A DNA stretch of 64,000 nucleotides from Catajapyx aquilonaris (taxonomy: Eukaryota). This document shows positions 63,441 through 64,000 of the stretch, one piece after another. The position numbers were made by a program, and so were the translations under genes. The stretch is taken from assembly GCA_000934665.2 (NCBI GenBank), contig JYFJ02001553.1, forward strand, positions 1 to 64,000, read 5' to 3'. The notes below the pieces were generated by a model. That model searched no databases. It worked only from the letters and a program-made list of their open reading frames with translations, and had not been told where the DNA came from. How positions within the stretch are numbered: the first letter of the stretch is position 1; every line of letters starts with the position of its first letter.

Positions 63441-64000
63441 ATGAGACACGAGAAATACACTGCGTATTTCTCTTGTCTCAGTGTATTTCTCGTCCGCAAT
63501 CTAGAAAGGATAGAACAATTAGTAGATAAACATTAGAGTCCAGATCAGGGTGGAAGGCACAGTGCGTATATCGCCGGCCTGTACCGCCAAAGAGCAAAGG
63601 TGGTGAGCTGATTGGTTCGTGTGATTGTGTTCATTAAATCCCCAAAATATTTGATTGGGGACAGGGCGTGATTGGCCCTGTTTTGATCTTTAGTTGTCCC
63701 ATTATGGGGGCAGGTGGGAACTGGCTAATTTAATTTGACTGTAATTGTATGCATCCAGTCTGCTTGTACAGACTTGATTAGTACAACGTACAGTTGTTCT
63801 GTTGACTGCCAGTAGACTGCCAGTAGAGTCAGTGTACTAAAGATGACATCCCGAGGCGATTGCAGATGAGCCCAGCAGACAGGCCCAGCAGACAGGTGAG
63901 CCCAGCAGACAGGCCCAATTGAAATTGGGTAATTTTTTTAAATATTTTAATGGCAAATATTATTTTGTAAATGTAAATGTGCCTGCAAGTACCCCAGTTA

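Overview
Eukaryotic, most likely arthropod, genomic DNA with short (~50-75 nt) spliceosomal introns, so most genes had to be assembled by hand across the ORF track. In order: (1) a gustatory receptor (GR/7tm_7) cluster undergoing birth and death: one copy broken by a solo LTR, one with a mutated splice donor, two intact, plus relics; (2) a housekeeping block with an acidic orphan ORF, GTF3C1 (TFIIIC subunit 1), a tail-anchored ankyrin-repeat gene, a sequence-variant U2 snRNA, a one-finger and a 12-finger C2H2 gene separated by a dead Tc1/mariner element, and PHAX; (3) about 20 kb of repeat-rich DNA containing a head-to-head gene pair that the ORF track shows only as fragments: a divergent tandem HMG-box protein with an acidic tail, and an uncharacterised protein with a long acidic tract and C-terminal NLS, associated with ACGT-rich intronic arrays, a YY1-motif array and AT-rich flanks; (4) an ADAMTSL5-like gene, followed by minisatellites. 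The HMG/acidic pair and the variant U2 are the most unusual elements. All family assignments come from motif recognition by eye; no database searches were run.
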